Notes: generated by a model not told the origin, from the letters alone. A stretch of 64,000 nt of DNA from Candidatus Bathyarchaeota archaeon (GCA_963775685.1 CAVZJV010000014.1:1664001-1728000); one strand, 5' to 3'. Numbered from the stretch's first letter, positions 39,900 to 51,431 are shown. A program made the numbers and translations.

Positions 39900-40466
39900 G
39901 TGGAACAAAAAATTAGGGTTCTGGCTTTTGCAGGAAGCTTAAGGAAGGACTCCTACAACAAAGCCTTAATCCGAGCCGCCGTTGAATTAGCGCCTGAAAA
40001 CGTAGCAATCGAAGTTTTTGATTTATATGGCATTCCGCCCTTCAACCAGGAATTTGAAGTTACTCCGCCTCAAATAGTTGCTGAGTTTAAGCAGAAAATC
40101 AGAAACGTCGATGCCCTCTTGATTGCGACCCCGGAATACAATTATTCGGTTCCAGGAGTTCTCAAAAACTCGATTGACTGGGCTTCAAGACCAAGAGCAG
40201 ATACACCTCTAGAAGGCAAACCTGTCGCCATCATGAGCGCCTCAATCGGAAGATTCGGTGGTGCCCGAGCCCAATATCATCTGCGTCAATCGTTCATTTT
40301 TCTTGACATGCATCCCGTTAACCGCCCTGAAATAATGCTGTCAGATGCAGCTCATAATGTCGATACTGAGGGAAAATTAACCAATGAGCAAACGCGCCAA
40401 CTAATTGTGCAGTTACTGGAGTCACTGGTGAATTGGACCTTAAAAGTTAAAGTAAAACCTCCATAG
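39900..40466 (+). CDS. NAD(P)H-dependent FMN reductase
   Basis: GSLRKDSYN, TPEYNYSVPGVLKNSIDWASR. Confidence 0.92.
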   Translation: MEQKIRVLAFAGSLRKDSYNKALIRAAVELAPENVAIEVFDLYGIPPFNQEFEVTPPQIVAEFKQKIRNVDALLIATPEYNYSVPGVLKNSIDWASRPRADTPLEGKPVAIMSASIGRFGGARAQYHLRQSFIFLDMHPVNRPEIMLSDAAHNVDTEGKLTNEQTRQLIVQLLESLVNWTLKVKVKPP

Positions 40467-40547
40467 ACTCATGATTCTAATGTTTTTTGGTTAACACAGC
40501 AAAGCCTTAAAATGGTTAATCTCTACGTAAGGTTTTGGGCGCCATAT

Positions 40548-41846
40548 ATGAGAGTCATAGCTGACCTTCACATCCACGGCAAATACAGCCGAGCCACAAG
40601 TGAACAGATGAGCATACTTGAAATCGCCAAATACGCAAAAATCAAAGGCTTAAGCCTCGTCGGCACAGGCGACTTCACCCATCCCCAGTGGCTAAAAGAA
40701 ATCAACGAAACACTTACACCTGAAGGTAACTCTGGACTTTTCAAATTAGCCAACGAAAATTCATCAGTGCGATTTATGTTGCAAACTGAAGTCTGCACAA
40801 TCTTTGCCTATAAAGGCGAATCAAAAAAAGTACACCATGTTATACTTACTCCGTGGCTTGAAACTGCCGAACAAATCAATGAACGACTTCAAAGTTTTGG
40901 TAGTTTGAGCTCCGATGGCAGACCTAACCTCAACGTCTCAGCACCCCAACTAGTCGAGCAGGTGATGGAGGTTTGTAGCAACAACATGGTTTTTCCTGCG
41001 CATGCTTGGACACCATGGTTTAGCATCTTTGGAGCATTTAGCGGCTTTAACACCGTTGAAGACTGTTACCAAGACATGACCAAACATATCCATGCGTTGG
41101 AAACGGGGTTGTCTTCTGACCCCCCGATGAATTGGCGCCTTAGCACACTTGACCGATACGCAATGGTTTCCAATAGCGACTGCCATAGTTTTTGGCCTTG
41201 GCGCATCGGCAGAGAAGCCAACGTTTTTGAACTTGAGAAATTCGCCTACAAGAACGTCACGGACGCCATTGTCGCCAACGATTCTGCCCACTTCAAGTTC
41301 ACCATAGAAACCGATCCTGCATACGGGAAATACCACTGGACAGGACACCGCAACTGCAAAGTCTCCCTCTCACCAGCCGATGCCATAAAATTCGGTAACG
41401 TCTGCCCAGTTTGCCGCCGAAAACTCACCAAGGGCGTTGAGCAACGAGTTGAGGAACTCGCGGATAGACCAGCCGATTTTAAGCGTACGGGCGCCCCCGG
41501 ATTTTTGCGTTTGCTTCCGCTTTCTGAAATCATCGCAACAGTGCTTGGAACTGATTCTCCTTCGACGCAGGCGGTTTGGAAAAAATACAATGCACTGATT
41601 GAGAAATTTAGTGACGAATACAAGGTGCTGATTGATGCACCGTTAGATGCACTTGTTCAAGTGGTGGATACGCCCATTGCACAGGCAATTCTCAAAGTTA
41701 GAGATGGTACTGCAAAGGTTACGCCTGGGTATGACGGGGTGTATGGGCAACTGGTTTTAGGAGTCGATGTGCCGCCACCAATAAAGCTTAAACCCAAGCT
41801 GGTTCAGCCAACAGTTAAACAGAAAAGCATGAGCGACTTCTGGTAA
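40548..41846 (+). CDS. Endonuclease Q family (PHP domain + zinc finger)
   Basis: DLHIH, GTGDFTHP, PAHAWTP, ETGLSSD, SNSDCHS, GKYH, PGYDGVYG. Confidence 0.9.
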   Translation: MRVIADLHIHGKYSRATSEQMSILEIAKYAKIKGLSLVGTGDFTHPQWLKEINETLTPEGNSGLFKLANENSSVRFMLQTEVCTIFAYKGESKKVHHVILTPWLETAEQINERLQSFGSLSSDGRPNLNVSAPQLVEQVMEVCSNNMVFPAHAWTPWFSIFGAFSGFNTVEDCYQDMTKHIHALETGLSSDPPMNWRLSTLDRYAMVSNSDCHSFWPWRIGREANVFELEKFAYKNVTDAIVANDSAHFKFTIETDPAYGKYHWTGHRNCKVSLSPADAIKFGNVCPVCRRKLTKGVEQRVEELADRPADFKRTGAPGFLRLLPLSEIIATVLGTDSPSTQAVWKKYNALIEKFSDEYKVLIDAPLDALVQVVDTPIAQAILKVRDGTAKVTPGYDGVYGQLVLGVDVPPPIKLKPKLVQPTVKQKSMSDFW

Positions 41847-41916
41847 GCCCGAACAAAACGGTTTAATTATCCAAATAATTCTAGATAAACGTTAACCCAT
41901 CAAAGGACAGATAACC

Positions 41917-43302
41917 GTGAAAGACCTTCTCATCAAAATTAACAACACCGCCACCCAAAAGTTCGGAGCCCAATATGCTGAAACCCGAGCTCAAAAACTC
42001 ACCAAAACATCTCTAACCCTCAAAGAGGAGCGTGTAGAAGCCGCCAAACAGGGCATAGAGAAGGGCGTTGCTATACGCGTTCTGGTGAATGGTGCTTGGG
42101 GGTTTGCTTCCGTGGGCTCGTTTGAAGGGTCGATTTTGGAAGACGCAGTTTCTGACTCTTGCAGGATGGCAAAGCTTGCAAGCGAGCGATTGAATACCCC
42201 GATTAAGCTTGCAAACGTTAAAGTTGTTGAGGATCGTGTGGTTTCCAGACCCCGAAAAAATCCAGCGGACATATTGATGGAGGACAAAATAAAAACTGCC
42301 CTTGCCGTAAACAAGACGAGTTTGGGTTTTGATGAGCGAATTAAAAGTTGCTCGATCGATTATATGGATTTGATGGGAAACAGCTTTTTTGTAAACAGCG
42401 AAGGCACATGTATTGAGCAGGATAAGCTGTATGTTTGGGCTAGAATCACCGCTTCAGCCCAAAGCGAAGGCGTCTTCACGTTTAGCCGAGAAGAAATCGG
42501 TTCCACAGCAGGCTACGAACTATTCGACCAGCAAGCTCCAGAGGTTTTAGGCGCAAAAGTCGCCAAACGCGCAATTGAGCAGCTAAGCGCAAAGTCTCCC
42601 CGAGGCGGAAAGTTCCCGGTAGTTTTGGGGCCTAACGTGGTTGGGGTTTTTGTGCATGAGGCGTTTGGGCATTTAGCGGAAGCTGATTTGGCGCTTTCAG
42701 GGGGCGTCTTAGCCAGCAACATTGGCAAAAAAATCGGTTCAGACCTCGTCACGTTTTACGATGATGGCACAGTTGAGGGTGCGTTTGGAGCATTTAGGTA
42801 CGACGACGAAGGCACAACATCCCAAAAAACACTGCTCATAAAAGACGGCGTAGTGACGGGTCTATTGCATAATCGCGAAACAGCCGAGAAATTCAACGCG
42901 CAACCAACGGGAAATGCGAGGGCTGAGGACTTCCGCGTGGAGCCCATCATTCGGATGCGGTGCACGTACATGGCTCCGAGAGATCAAGCCTTCGAAGAAC
43001 TCATCGAGGATGTTAAGTCTGGTTACTACTTCAAAAGCTTCAGAGGTGGACAAGCGAACCTTGACGGCACGTTCCAAGTGGGCATCCAAGAAGGCTATGA
43101 AATAAACAAGGGTGAAATCGGTGCACCCATACGCAACGCATCCATAAGCGGCAGCACACTCGAAACGTTGCATAAAGTCAGTGGCGTTGGCAAAGATTTC
43201 AAGTTGGATCCTGGGCGATGCGGCAAGGGGCAGACAGCCTTTATTAGCGATGGGGGACCGCACATTAAAATCAGTGAGGTAGTTGTCGGTGGCAGCGCTT
43301 GA
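41917..43302 (+). CDS. tldD: TldD metalloprotease
   Basis: [29 protein letters not shown]. Confidence 0.93.
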   Translation: MKDLLIKINNTATQKFGAQYAETRAQKLTKTSLTLKEERVEAAKQGIEKGVAIRVLVNGAWGFASVGSFEGSILEDAVSDSCRMAKLASERLNTPIKLANVKVVEDRVVSRPRKNPADILMEDKIKTALAVNKTSLGFDERIKSCSIDYMDLMGNSFFVNSEGTCIEQDKLYVWARITASAQSEGVFTFSREEIGSTAGYELFDQQAPEVLGAKVAKRAIEQLSAKSPRGGKFPVVLGPNVVGVFVHEAFGHLAEADLALSGGVLASNIGKKIGSDLVTFYDDGTVEGAFGAFRYDDEGTTSQKTLLIKDGVVTGLLHNRETAEKFNAQPTGNARAEDFRVEPIIRMRCTYMAPRDQAFEELIEDVKSGYYFKSFRGGQANLDGTFQVGIQEGYEINKGEIGAPIRNASISGSTLETLHKVSGVGKDFKLDPGRCGKGQTAFISDGGPHIKISEVVVGGSA

Positions 43303-44653
43303 AAGAAAGACCATGATAAGTATTGCAGAACACGTCGTTGAGGCAGCCCTAAAGAAAGGCGCCCAGGAAGCGGAAGCCTACACCTATGAGGGACAAGCAA
43401 CAAACATAGGCATTGAGCTAGGACAAATAAGCAAAACAAACCGAATAATCGACCGTGGCTTAGGCTTAAGGATAGTTTCCAATAAAGCAATAGGGTTTGC
43501 ATACACAAACATCTTAGATGACCAGAAGGCTGTTGAAGGCGTTATAGCAGGGGCACTTAGTGCGGCTATGGCAAGCAAACCCGACCCCGACTGGAAGGGA
43601 TTGCCGCAAATGAAACCCTACGTCAAGACGGCAAAGACATTTGACAAAAAAATCGTAGCGCTCACACCCGAAGAGTTGGTCAGTGTAGCTGCCGTAATGT
43701 TGGATGCTGCTGTCCAAGTGGATAAACGAGTTTTCGCTATCGAAGGCGGAGTAGGAGCAGGATACGTCTCCAGCGCCATCGCTAATTCAAACGGCGTATC
43801 AGGCTTTGACCGGGGAACAGTTGTGGAGTGCAGTTTGGCTACGCTGGCTAAAGAGGCTGATACAGTGACGCCTATGTGTTTTGAGTTCAACGCCGCAAGA
43901 AACTACAACTTTGACGCAGCATGGGTGGGCAGGGAAGCAGCAAAACTGTCGGTTTCAGCCCTAAAAACCAAATCGGTCGAAACCAAATCCGGCAAAGTAA
44001 TCCTAACCCAGTTCGCGCTTCAGGAGCTTTTCGCCTACACATTAATCAATGCCATCAGAGGTGACAGCGTACAGAGGGGACAATCGCCGTTTAAGGGAAA
44101 AATCGGAGAAAAAGTGGCCTCCGAAAACCTCACCATATATGATGATGGCTTATTTGTCGGCGGACTACGCACGTCGATTTTTGACGCAGAAGGGGTGCCG
44201 CATCAGAAAACCCCTGTAATAGAGAAGGGCGTTTTGCGCAATTTCCTCTACGATAACTATTCAGCCAAAAAAGACGACGTGGAGAGCACTGGAAATGCTT
44301 CAAGGGCTGGGTACCTATCAACTCCCGGCATCGACCCCACAAACTTCCACATAACTCAAGGAAACAAAACCTCAGAGGAGATGCTAAGCGAAATCAACGA
44401 CGGTTTAATAGTATATTATCTACAGGGCGCCCACAGCAGCAACCCTGTCAGCGGTGAATTCTCGGTTGTGGCAACCCCAGCATGGAAAATTAAGGATGGA
44501 AAAATCACTCATTGCTCACGAGGCGTTATGTTGGCAGGCAATATTTTTGAACTGCTCAAAAACATCAGTGTGGTTGGGGGGAACGAGCGGCAGATGGGGC
44601 AGTTGATTTCGCCGTGGCTTCAAGTAGAAAACGTGCGAGTCATCGGAAAATAA
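43283..44653 (+). CDS. pmbA: PmbA/TldE
   Basis: FDAEG, STGNA, SGEFS; lacks HExxH; overlaps tldD. Confidence 0.9.
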   Translation: MSVAALERKTMISIAEHVVEAALKKGAQEAEAYTYEGQATNIGIELGQISKTNRIIDRGLGLRIVSNKAIGFAYTNILDDQKAVEGVIAGALSAAMASKPDPDWKGLPQMKPYVKTAKTFDKKIVALTPEELVSVAAVMLDAAVQVDKRVFAIEGGVGAGYVSSAIANSNGVSGFDRGTVVECSLATLAKEADTVTPMCFEFNAARNYNFDAAWVGREAAKLSVSALKTKSVETKSGKVILTQFALQELFAYTLINAIRGDSVQRGQSPFKGKIGEKVASENLTIYDDGLFVGGLRTSIFDAEGVPHQKTPVIEKGVLRNFLYDNYSAKKDDVESTGNASRAGYLSTPGIDPTNFHITQGNKTSEEMLSEINDGLIVYYLQGAHSSNPVSGEFSVVATPAWKIKDGKITHCSRGVMLAGNIFELLKNISVVGGNERQMGQLISPWLQVENVRVIGK

Positions 44654-44657
44654 CACC

Positions 44658-45860
44658 TCAAGCCCAAAAACTCTTGGAGTCCTCACCTATAACTCCCTCA
44701 TAGATGCGCTTGGTCTGCTGGGCAATTTTCCCCCAATCGTACTTTTCCTGGATACGCCTGTACGCGTTGTCCCTTAGTTGTTTTGCGTAGTACCCGTCTA
44801 GCAGAATTTTGGTTATGCCCCACGCTAATGAGTCAGGGTTATTTGGGTAAACCTTCACGCCTGTTACGTCATGTTGGATAATTTCAGATAAGCCACCAGT
44901 GTCGGATACAACCACTGGGCTTCTGGCAGCCATAGCCTCCAAGGCAACAATGCCAAAGGGTTCAAAGAGCGACGGCACAACAGACACATCAGCGCACCTC
45001 TGCAGATTAATAAGCGAGGGTTCATCGAGAAAACCTTGAAACAACACTTTATGTTCCAACCCCATGCTTCGGACGATGTTTAGGAGCTGCTCTTTCATGT
45101 AGCCACTTCCTACAATTATGAATTTAGCGTTAACTTTGCTGAGTATTTTTGGGACAGCGTTAATCAGGACATGGATTCCCTTTTCATAGACAAGGCGTCC
45201 GACAAAGAGGACGATTTTTTCTTCTGGCAAAGCAAACTTTCCCCTGAACTCCTTTAGGTCTTCGTTTCCATCGTAGTTGTGGGTATTAACGCCGTTTGGA
45301 ACCATAACTAACTTGTCGCTGGGCAGCCCAAAAACGTATTTTACGTGTGAAATCATGTAGTCGCTGCAGCAAATGACCTTCCAGGCTTCGTAGGTGAGCC
45401 AGGCTTCGGTTTCATGAATCATTCTCTCTGTGGTGGTGTGCAGTCCATCGCGTCTGCCCATCTCAGTTGAGTGCATTGTTACCAGCAGTGGCTTTCTGAA
45501 GACATGTTTTAAGCCTATTCCTGCGTTTGCGACGAGCCAATCGTGGGCGTGGAAAACGTCGATTTCGTCCGCGATCTTCTTTGTCAGCACTGCCGTTTCC
45601 CGTTGCATGTTCATGTTCATCAAGTAAACCCATGTAGCAAAGTCAGGAGCTGGGTTTTTGTATGAGTCAATTCGATAGACTTCTACACCGTCGATTACTT
45701 CATGTGCTGGTGCTCCGGGAAAATCGCAGGTTACTACGTAAACTTTCACGTCTTGTTTGGCTAAATGTTTGGAGAGGAAGTATATGTGGGGTGATATGCC
45801 TCCGATTACTCTTGGCGGATATTCCCAACTCAGCATCATGACCGTTAGTTTATCTTTCAT
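44658..45860 (-). CDS. GT4 glycosyltransferase (glycogen synthase-like)
   Basis: WEYPPRVIGG, HAHDW, GRLVYEKG, EPFGIVALEAM. Confidence 0.9.
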   Translation of the reverse strand: MKDKLTVMMLSWEYPPRVIGGISPHIYFLSKHLAKQDVKVYVVTCDFPGAPAHEVIDGVEVYRIDSYKNPAPDFATWVYLMNMNMQRETAVLTKKIADEIDVFHAHDWLVANAGIGLKHVFRKPLLVTMHSTEMGRRDGLHTTTERMIHETEAWLTYEAWKVICCSDYMISHVKYVFGLPSDKLVMVPNGVNTHNYDGNEDLKEFRGKFALPEEKIVLFVGRLVYEKGIHVLINAVPKILSKVNAKFIIVGSGYMKEQLLNIVRSMGLEHKVLFQGFLDEPSLINLQRCADVSVVPSLFEPFGIVALEAMAARSPVVVSDTGGLSEIIQHDVTGVKVYPNNPDSLAWGITKILLDGYYAKQLRDNAYRRIQEKYDWGKIAQQTKRIYEGVIGEDSKSFWA

Positions 45861-46479
45861 TTTTCTTTGCCTCCGCCACTTTGCTGTATATTTTTTGGAT
45901 TTCCTTAACCAATAGGGTAGAGTCTAATGAGATAACTGTTATTTTTTCTTTAGGCACCTTGTATACCCTAATTACCTCAGCTTTCATCCACTCAGATTTC
46001 ACAGTTATTCTTTCAGATTCATAAAACCCAAGCCACTCGATGCTTTTGATTGCCATGTTGTACGAGGTGTTTGAGTTGGGTGAGCGATGATCTTCTATGC
46101 TTTCCACCGAATAAACAAAAGGTAAGTCAAAAGCGTTTTTTAGCGTGATAGCTGCAGGAATAAAGTGCCAATCGAAAACGTCTATCAGGTCAATTTGCTT
46201 GTGGGCTTCATAGTAAATGTTAGTTGCTGCCCGTTCGACTTCCTGATTTAGAGTTAGCACCCAGGTTAAGACGCCAATGTGGGTTCGCACGGGATTGGCA
46301 ACTCTGAAGGTTTTTACGCCACTTGGATTTTTGGTTTGACCCGTTGTGGATTCATCGTAGGTAACAACGTTAACTTCCACTTTGCTGTTGGCAAGCTGAG
46401 TTGAAAGGGCGCTAACGTACCCAGAAAGTTGACCAACCACCCTTGGCGGATACTCCCAGGAAAAAATTATGACACGCAT
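45850..46479 (-). CDS. GT4 N-terminal-domain-only protein (probable pseudo-enzyme)
   Basis: WEYPPRVVGQL, FDW; 209 aa; no GRL/KG or EPFG domain. Confidence 0.78.
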   Translation of the reverse strand: MRVIIFSWEYPPRVVGQLSGYVSALSTQLANSKVEVNVVTYDESTTGQTKNPSGVKTFRVANPVRTHIGVLTWVLTLNQEVERAATNIYYEAHKQIDLIDVFDWHFIPAAITLKNAFDLPFVYSVESIEDHRSPNSNTSYNMAIKSIEWLGFYESERITVKSEWMKAEVIRVYKVPKEKITVISLDSTLLVKEIQKIYSKVAEAKKNER

Positions 46480-46486
46480 GATTCCA

Positions 46487-46738
46487 CTACGTGAAAAGCG
46501 AACAAACCTTAATTATACCTCTACCGTTTAGATAGTACCGTTTCTTGCCTTCATTGTCATAAAAGCTTTCAGCGAAACCTTCAAACTTGTACTTGTCTAG
46601 AATGCCTTCGATTTCGTTTGGGTCTTTCTGCAGGAGCCGAGCTACTTCTTCGCCTCTTCTTGCTAAATCAGCGGCGGTAGCGCACAAGTTGTGCAATGTC
46701 TGCAGGACTTTATCTGGAAACGGAAGCTCTTCTCTCAT
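46487..46738 (-). CDS. Small winged-helix-like protein
   Basis: EEVARLL...ILDKYKFEGF...RYYLNGRG. Confidence 0.6.
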   Translation of the reverse strand: MREELPFPDKVLQTLHNLCATAADLARRGEEVARLLQKDPNEIEGILDKYKFEGFAESFYDNEGKKRYYLNGRGIIKVCSLFT

Positions 46739-46805
46739 TTTGCATGCACCGTGTCATTAGAGAATACCACGACTTATCTAATAAACTCATGTGAGAAGGT
46801 TTTTT

Positions 46806-48353
46806 TTAGAAAAGCTTGGTTGCATCCTGAATCGCCTTGGTTTGGGCAAGGTAACGTTTTGTCGCAACTTCAACTATTGCTTTTCTGAGTTTATCGCCTA
46901 CTTCTACAGAAGCTTTGAGTTCTTTAATTTTGGATGCTAATTTCTTGTCTTTTAGCGAGCTCCTAGCCCAACTCTCAAAATCGCCCTTGCCGACATGGAA
47001 ATCTATAGCTTTGACATCTACCTCCTTGAGTGCTTCAATGAAACCCTTAAGGCTCCAAGCCATCCTTCCTGTATAGCAATCCTTTCCAACTCCCGTGTAG
47101 AACAAGAAAGGCTCATTAGCTGTAAGAAGTGAAATTCTTATCCTAGCCTCAAAATCATTGAGCAGTGTTTGTGCAACTACGAAGGCATCCATGGGCGACT
47201 CGTATGGGCTGAAGTATGAGTGAACTTCGCCTGGTCCGCCGCCTGCAGTGAACATGTAGTAGAGGTGGTCGCTTGTTTGAAAATCCCGCCAGAGCCCCAG
47301 AAACTCGGCGTCGCCAGCCTCTTTAATCAACGGCTCCAATCGTCGTATAGTGGTGTAGTATGCCCATTGCATAACGTTGCCAAGCCATCCTGACTGGTCA
47401 CGTTTAATGTCAGCCCAAGAAACGGTTCCTTCAGCCTCAGGAACATCGATTTCTCCTGCAGAAGCATGTTTATCCAAAGCCTCAGAAGGCGTAGCCATCT
47501 GCATATGATCAAATTTCAGAATTTCGTCTGGGAGGTGTTGGAGGAAGCTGTGAATGCCTGTTTCTGGCCAGTGATGTTCTCCAAACGTTTCGTAGTCAGG
47601 GAAAATATTGATACATTCACCTTTGGTTTCGGCTAACCACCTTGCGTATTTGTCGGCGGTCAGAGGCCACTCTGGCCACCAACGAGCCGAAAACCTGAAT
47701 CCGACATCGTCGGTCAACTTGTAATTTCGAAGGAGCACACCGATTTTCTTGGTGCCCTTAGGTGTGTAGATGTAGTTGGGGGATTTTTCGCCTAGAATCT
47801 TTTCTAGGCCCTCAGTGTAGATGCCCTTGTAGCCCATGTCCTCAACTGTTTTGGCGATGGTGTTGTTATAGAGCAATTCAGTGTTCTCAAAAACATTCGG
47901 AGTATAACCTAGCAGGCCTCTGATGGCTTTTTTGTGCATTGCAACTTGCTCGATAAACTCTTCTTTTTCCGGGTAGAGGCTTGCTATAGAGTGATAGTAG
48001 GTTTGGTCTAGGAACTCGGCGCCTCCTGAAGCAGCGAGTTGCCGGAAACTTTCCAGCAGGTCTTTGTCGAACATTTCACATTGTTCAAGAAAAACGCCTG
48101 AAACACTAAAGGAGAATTTGGCTTGTTTGCGGTCGTGCTTGCGTCTATCGATTACGTCTAGGATTATCTGGTTTGAAGGAAAGTAGCATTTGCGCGCGGC
48201 ACGCTTAAAGATTTCGCGGTCAACTTCAGTGTCAAAATAGTAGTCGAATAATTCGTCTTTGGATAGACGCCTAAACACTTTACCTTCCCAAAACAGGTTC
48301 CGCCTAAGCCTATGCGGCTGGTGAACTTCAAAGACAAACACAACATCCGTCAT
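46806..48353 (-). CDS. GH57 alpha-amylase-like protein with C-terminal DUF5752-like domain
   Basis: FEVHQP, QTYYHS, NTEL, DYETFGEH, QTSDH; C-terminal PFLFY...DFHVGKGDFESW. Confidence 0.92.
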   Translation of the reverse strand: MTDVVFVFEVHQPHRLRRNLFWEGKVFRRLSKDELFDYYFDTEVDREIFKRAARKCYFPSNQIILDVIDRRKHDRKQAKFSFSVSGVFLEQCEMFDKDLLESFRQLAASGGAEFLDQTYYHSIASLYPEKEEFIEQVAMHKKAIRGLLGYTPNVFENTELLYNNTIAKTVEDMGYKGIYTEGLEKILGEKSPNYIYTPKGTKKIGVLLRNYKLTDDVGFRFSARWWPEWPLTADKYARWLAETKGECINIFPDYETFGEHHWPETGIHSFLQHLPDEILKFDHMQMATPSEALDKHASAGEIDVPEAEGTVSWADIKRDQSGWLGNVMQWAYYTTIRRLEPLIKEAGDAEFLGLWRDFQTSDHLYYMFTAGGGPGEVHSYFSPYESPMDAFVVAQTLLNDFEARIRISLLTANEPFLFYTGVGKDCYTGRMAWSLKGFIEALKEVDVKAIDFHVGKGDFESWARSSLKDKKLASKIKELKASVEVGDKLRKAIVEVATKRYLAQTKAIQDATKLF

Positions 48354-48625
48354 GACACGTTAGCCTCATAAAAACCATAACAGACCGTACAGGTATTTCT
48401 AATTTGTCTCTATAGCAAAAACTAAACGGAAGTAGTTGTAAGAAAAAGTGCCTATCCACAGCAACATCCATCAGAGTTTGTTGAATTTGCCGTTTTGGAT
48501 TCTGCATCTGCTATATTCTGTGAGCTATTTGTGCAATATGATAAAAGTAGCATAGAAAAAACCTAAATACAACGATGCCCGCAAAAAAATGGCGGCTTCT
48601 TATGGCATAACCATTGGGCAGCTTT

Positions 48626-49081
48626 ACTATTTGGCAGACTCAACAACTATCGAACAGCTAACCGGTTGCCCATAATTAACAGAGCCTGTAAGGATATTGT
48701 CAGGGTATAGTTTCCAGGGCTACTCGGTGGCCAAATAGTTGGCGAGGTAAACAATGTTTTCGAGTGTGCGGCAAGTGGCGGGTATTTTGCGTTTATGTCC
48801 AAAGGGACAATTGCTAAAGTCACCTAAAGGGGGCTCTCACTAAAAGTCACAAACAATGGGTAAGGCACAGCCCAATCATGAGGATTATAAACATAAATCT
48901 GCAACCGAAACTGCTCACTGCGCGAGTACACAGTTTGGTTGGTGGAGACTATTTGTAATTCAACAGGTCCATTGCCCTCTCTCACAGGGGCAGACGGTTC
49001 CACATACAGATAAGTTGCCGCAAAGAACACCACAGCTAAAAATACAACTGCTTTAACAAAAAGTACAAGGTACTTTTCCAT
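48626..49081 (-). pseudogene. Fragmented secreted/membrane-anchored beta-rich protein
   Basis: Signal/TM MEKYLVLFVKAVVF..., VY...IYVYNP; protein-like continuation (PGNYTLTIS) in shifted frames; 3' boundary approximate. Confidence 0.35.
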
Positions 49082-49290
49082 TTTTTCGAAGCTTCCACAA
49101 AACAACCAAAGAAGCAACTATTAAAACCACAATAAAGAGGATGGAGAGTGATTGCGCAATAAGCTCAAACGCCATAAGAAGTCATGTGCAATCATCGATA
49201 TTTAGCCTTAAAGCAAAGATTCCAATATTAGGCGTCCCAGTGTCTATTGAAAAAGTTTTAATGTACACACTAAACAGATGTTAAAGGCGG

Positions 49291-50590
49291 TTGAGAATGG
49301 TGACTGACGGCAAAGAAGAAATTTACTCCATCATCTTTAGTTCACTAAAGCATCCTATCCGCCGCAAGATACTTCGCATTTTAGCCGACAAATCCATGGC
49401 TTTCACTGAAATGCTAGAGTTGCTAGGGGTCTCTAGTTCAAACCTAACCTACCACCTTGATAGCCTGGGGGAACTGGTAACTAAAGATAACAACGGCGTG
49501 TACAAGCTTTCGACATTTGGGTTAGCTTTCAGTTAGCACCATGAAGAATCGTGGAGGAAGCACCGCCAATTCAACCAAGAAAACGCACCACCGTATCTCT
49601 GAAGTGGAAAACAGCCCTCGGAGGCCTGCTTGTTGGAGTTATCCTTCTATCAAGCATCACCGTTTTGGAGACCTACCTACTTAGCCAAACAGACAGCGAA
49701 AGGGACAGCTTGCAGTCAAAGTACAACCGACTTCTATCTTGGAGCAACACCACAAACAGCGCCAATTACGTTCTTGCAGCAAGTCACCCAAATCGACACA
49801 TCCCACTACCAAGCAACTCTTCTTTGCAACACCGTTGAGCAGCGGTCGGATTTAGGCGGAGCATTGGAGCAAATTATGACTTACTCACTTACCAGTAGCG
49901 ACAGCAAACTCGATGTCGTCTTCAGATTCCGAAACAACCAGCTTTCTCGCTACCAGATTATTCTGCTGGAGGGCACACCCGTTTATTCTGTTCCACAACC
50001 TTTCAGCGTCTTGGACACTTCAAAGGGTTTGTTAGAGAGGCTAGCAACATACGAAGGCACTCCCTACCTTTTGAACATGAGCAGCTTACTCTCGCTTGTT
50101 ACTCCATCGACAGAGAGTATCGAGATTGCGGAGGGAAACATCAAGTTAAACTACACCAGCCAAGGGGACAGTGCACAGATTCTTTTGATGTATATCCAAA
50201 ACAGCGTTGACTTCTCACCAAAGAGCCTTTAGCTTGGTCTTTGACAACGGAGACCTGGAAACCCTAACGAATGGCTGGTTCCTCTTCATCGTTGGAAGCA
50301 CTACCATCAATATATCTCCTGATAAAGCAGTAACGTTGGCGAGAAACGCTTTGACGAGTTATAGTTGGACCAGCAACGGCCAAGCAGTCTCAAACTTCAA
50401 CGTACTTGACAACTCCGCAGCTGTTTTTCATCCCAACACCAAAAACGGCTTAACCCTCTACCCCCAATACACTGTTACATTCCAGCTTGACAAGGTTTAC
50501 CCCGGCGGTGTAAACACCTTAACGGTTGAGGTGTGGGCAGACACAGGCGAGGTAGCGAAGATAAAAACTAACAGCTATGTAGCGCCCTAA
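49291..50590 (+). CDS. Membrane-anchored ArsR-type wHTH protein with extracellular domain (four apparent +1 frameshifts)
   Basis: IFSSLKHPIRRKIL...LTYHL..L HTH, TM, extracellular domain; the four ORF pieces join if single duplicated bases at ~49528, ~49546, ~49765 and ~50229 are removed. Confidence 0.75.
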
Positions 50591-50687
50591 AAAAGGTATG
50601 GAAGTCGACTTCTGGTCAATAGGCAAAATGACTTTTTGAAGTAAATTATGGAAAAATTTTATATGAAAAGCCGTTGACTACCAAGCT

Positions 50688-51431
50688 ATGACACCCAATA
50701 AAAACAGTAGAGCACCAGTCAAACGAAAATCTAACAAGACACTGTTTCTGACAATCGGCATTATAGCTATAATTCTCATTGGCATCGGGACATACATTGT
50801 ATTAAGACAATCTGCAAACCAACCAAACACAACAGCCAGTCCAACGCCCACTCCATCACCTACTGCAATCCAAACGGCGTCACCTTCACCCGGTACATCC
50901 TCAACACCATCTCCAACAACAAGCGATCCATCCTACGTTAACCCAACAAAAGTTCTCCTCCAAACTAGTGTTGGAGACATAACCTTAGAGTTGCGAAGCG
51001 ATAAGCCGATAACAACTACCAACTTCATAAGCCTCGTTCAACAAGGAAAGTACGATGGAACAATCTTCCACCGCGTCATAGCGGGCTTTATGATACAGGG
51101 CGGCGCAATCAGCGGCTCCACTCCAACGATAAATGACGAGATAGGAAGCAACAACCGCAACGTTGCATATACCATAGCCATGGCGAAAACAAGTGACCCC
51201 AATTCAGCAACGAGCCAATTCTTCATAAACGTCGCAGATAACGGAAACTTGGCTGTAGATCAGGCAGGCACAAAATTTGATGCAGTATACGCAGTATTTG
51301 GAAAAGTAGTCGATGGACAAAACGTCGTGGATGCTATAGCCAACGCTCAAGTAACCGCAAACCCATATACACACGAAAACAGTGACCCCGTAAACCCAGT
51401 TACAATAGTAAAAGCTACAATAATATCTTAG
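50688..51431 (+). CDS. Membrane-anchored cyclophilin with Ser/Pro/Thr linker
   Basis: N-terminal TM, PT-rich linker, FHRVIAGFMIQGG, SATSQFFIN. Confidence 0.9.
   Translation: MTPNKNSRAPVKRKSNKTLFLTIGIIAIILIGIGTYIVLRQSANQPNTTASPTPTPSPTAIQTASPSPGTSSTPSPTTSDPSYVNPTKVLLQTSVGDITLELRSDKPITTTNFISLVQQGKYDGTIFHRVIAGFMIQGGAISGSTPTINDEIGSNNRNVAYTIAMAKTSDPNSATSQFFINVADNGNLAVDQAGTKFDAVYAVFGKVVDGQNVVDAIANAQVTANPYTHENSDPVNPVTIVKATIIS

Noticed and set aside
49291-50590. Four-gene operon or programmed frameshifting
   Set aside because: The pieces join into one protein by single-base deletions in short runs, matching the window-wide error pattern; no slippery heptamers were noted
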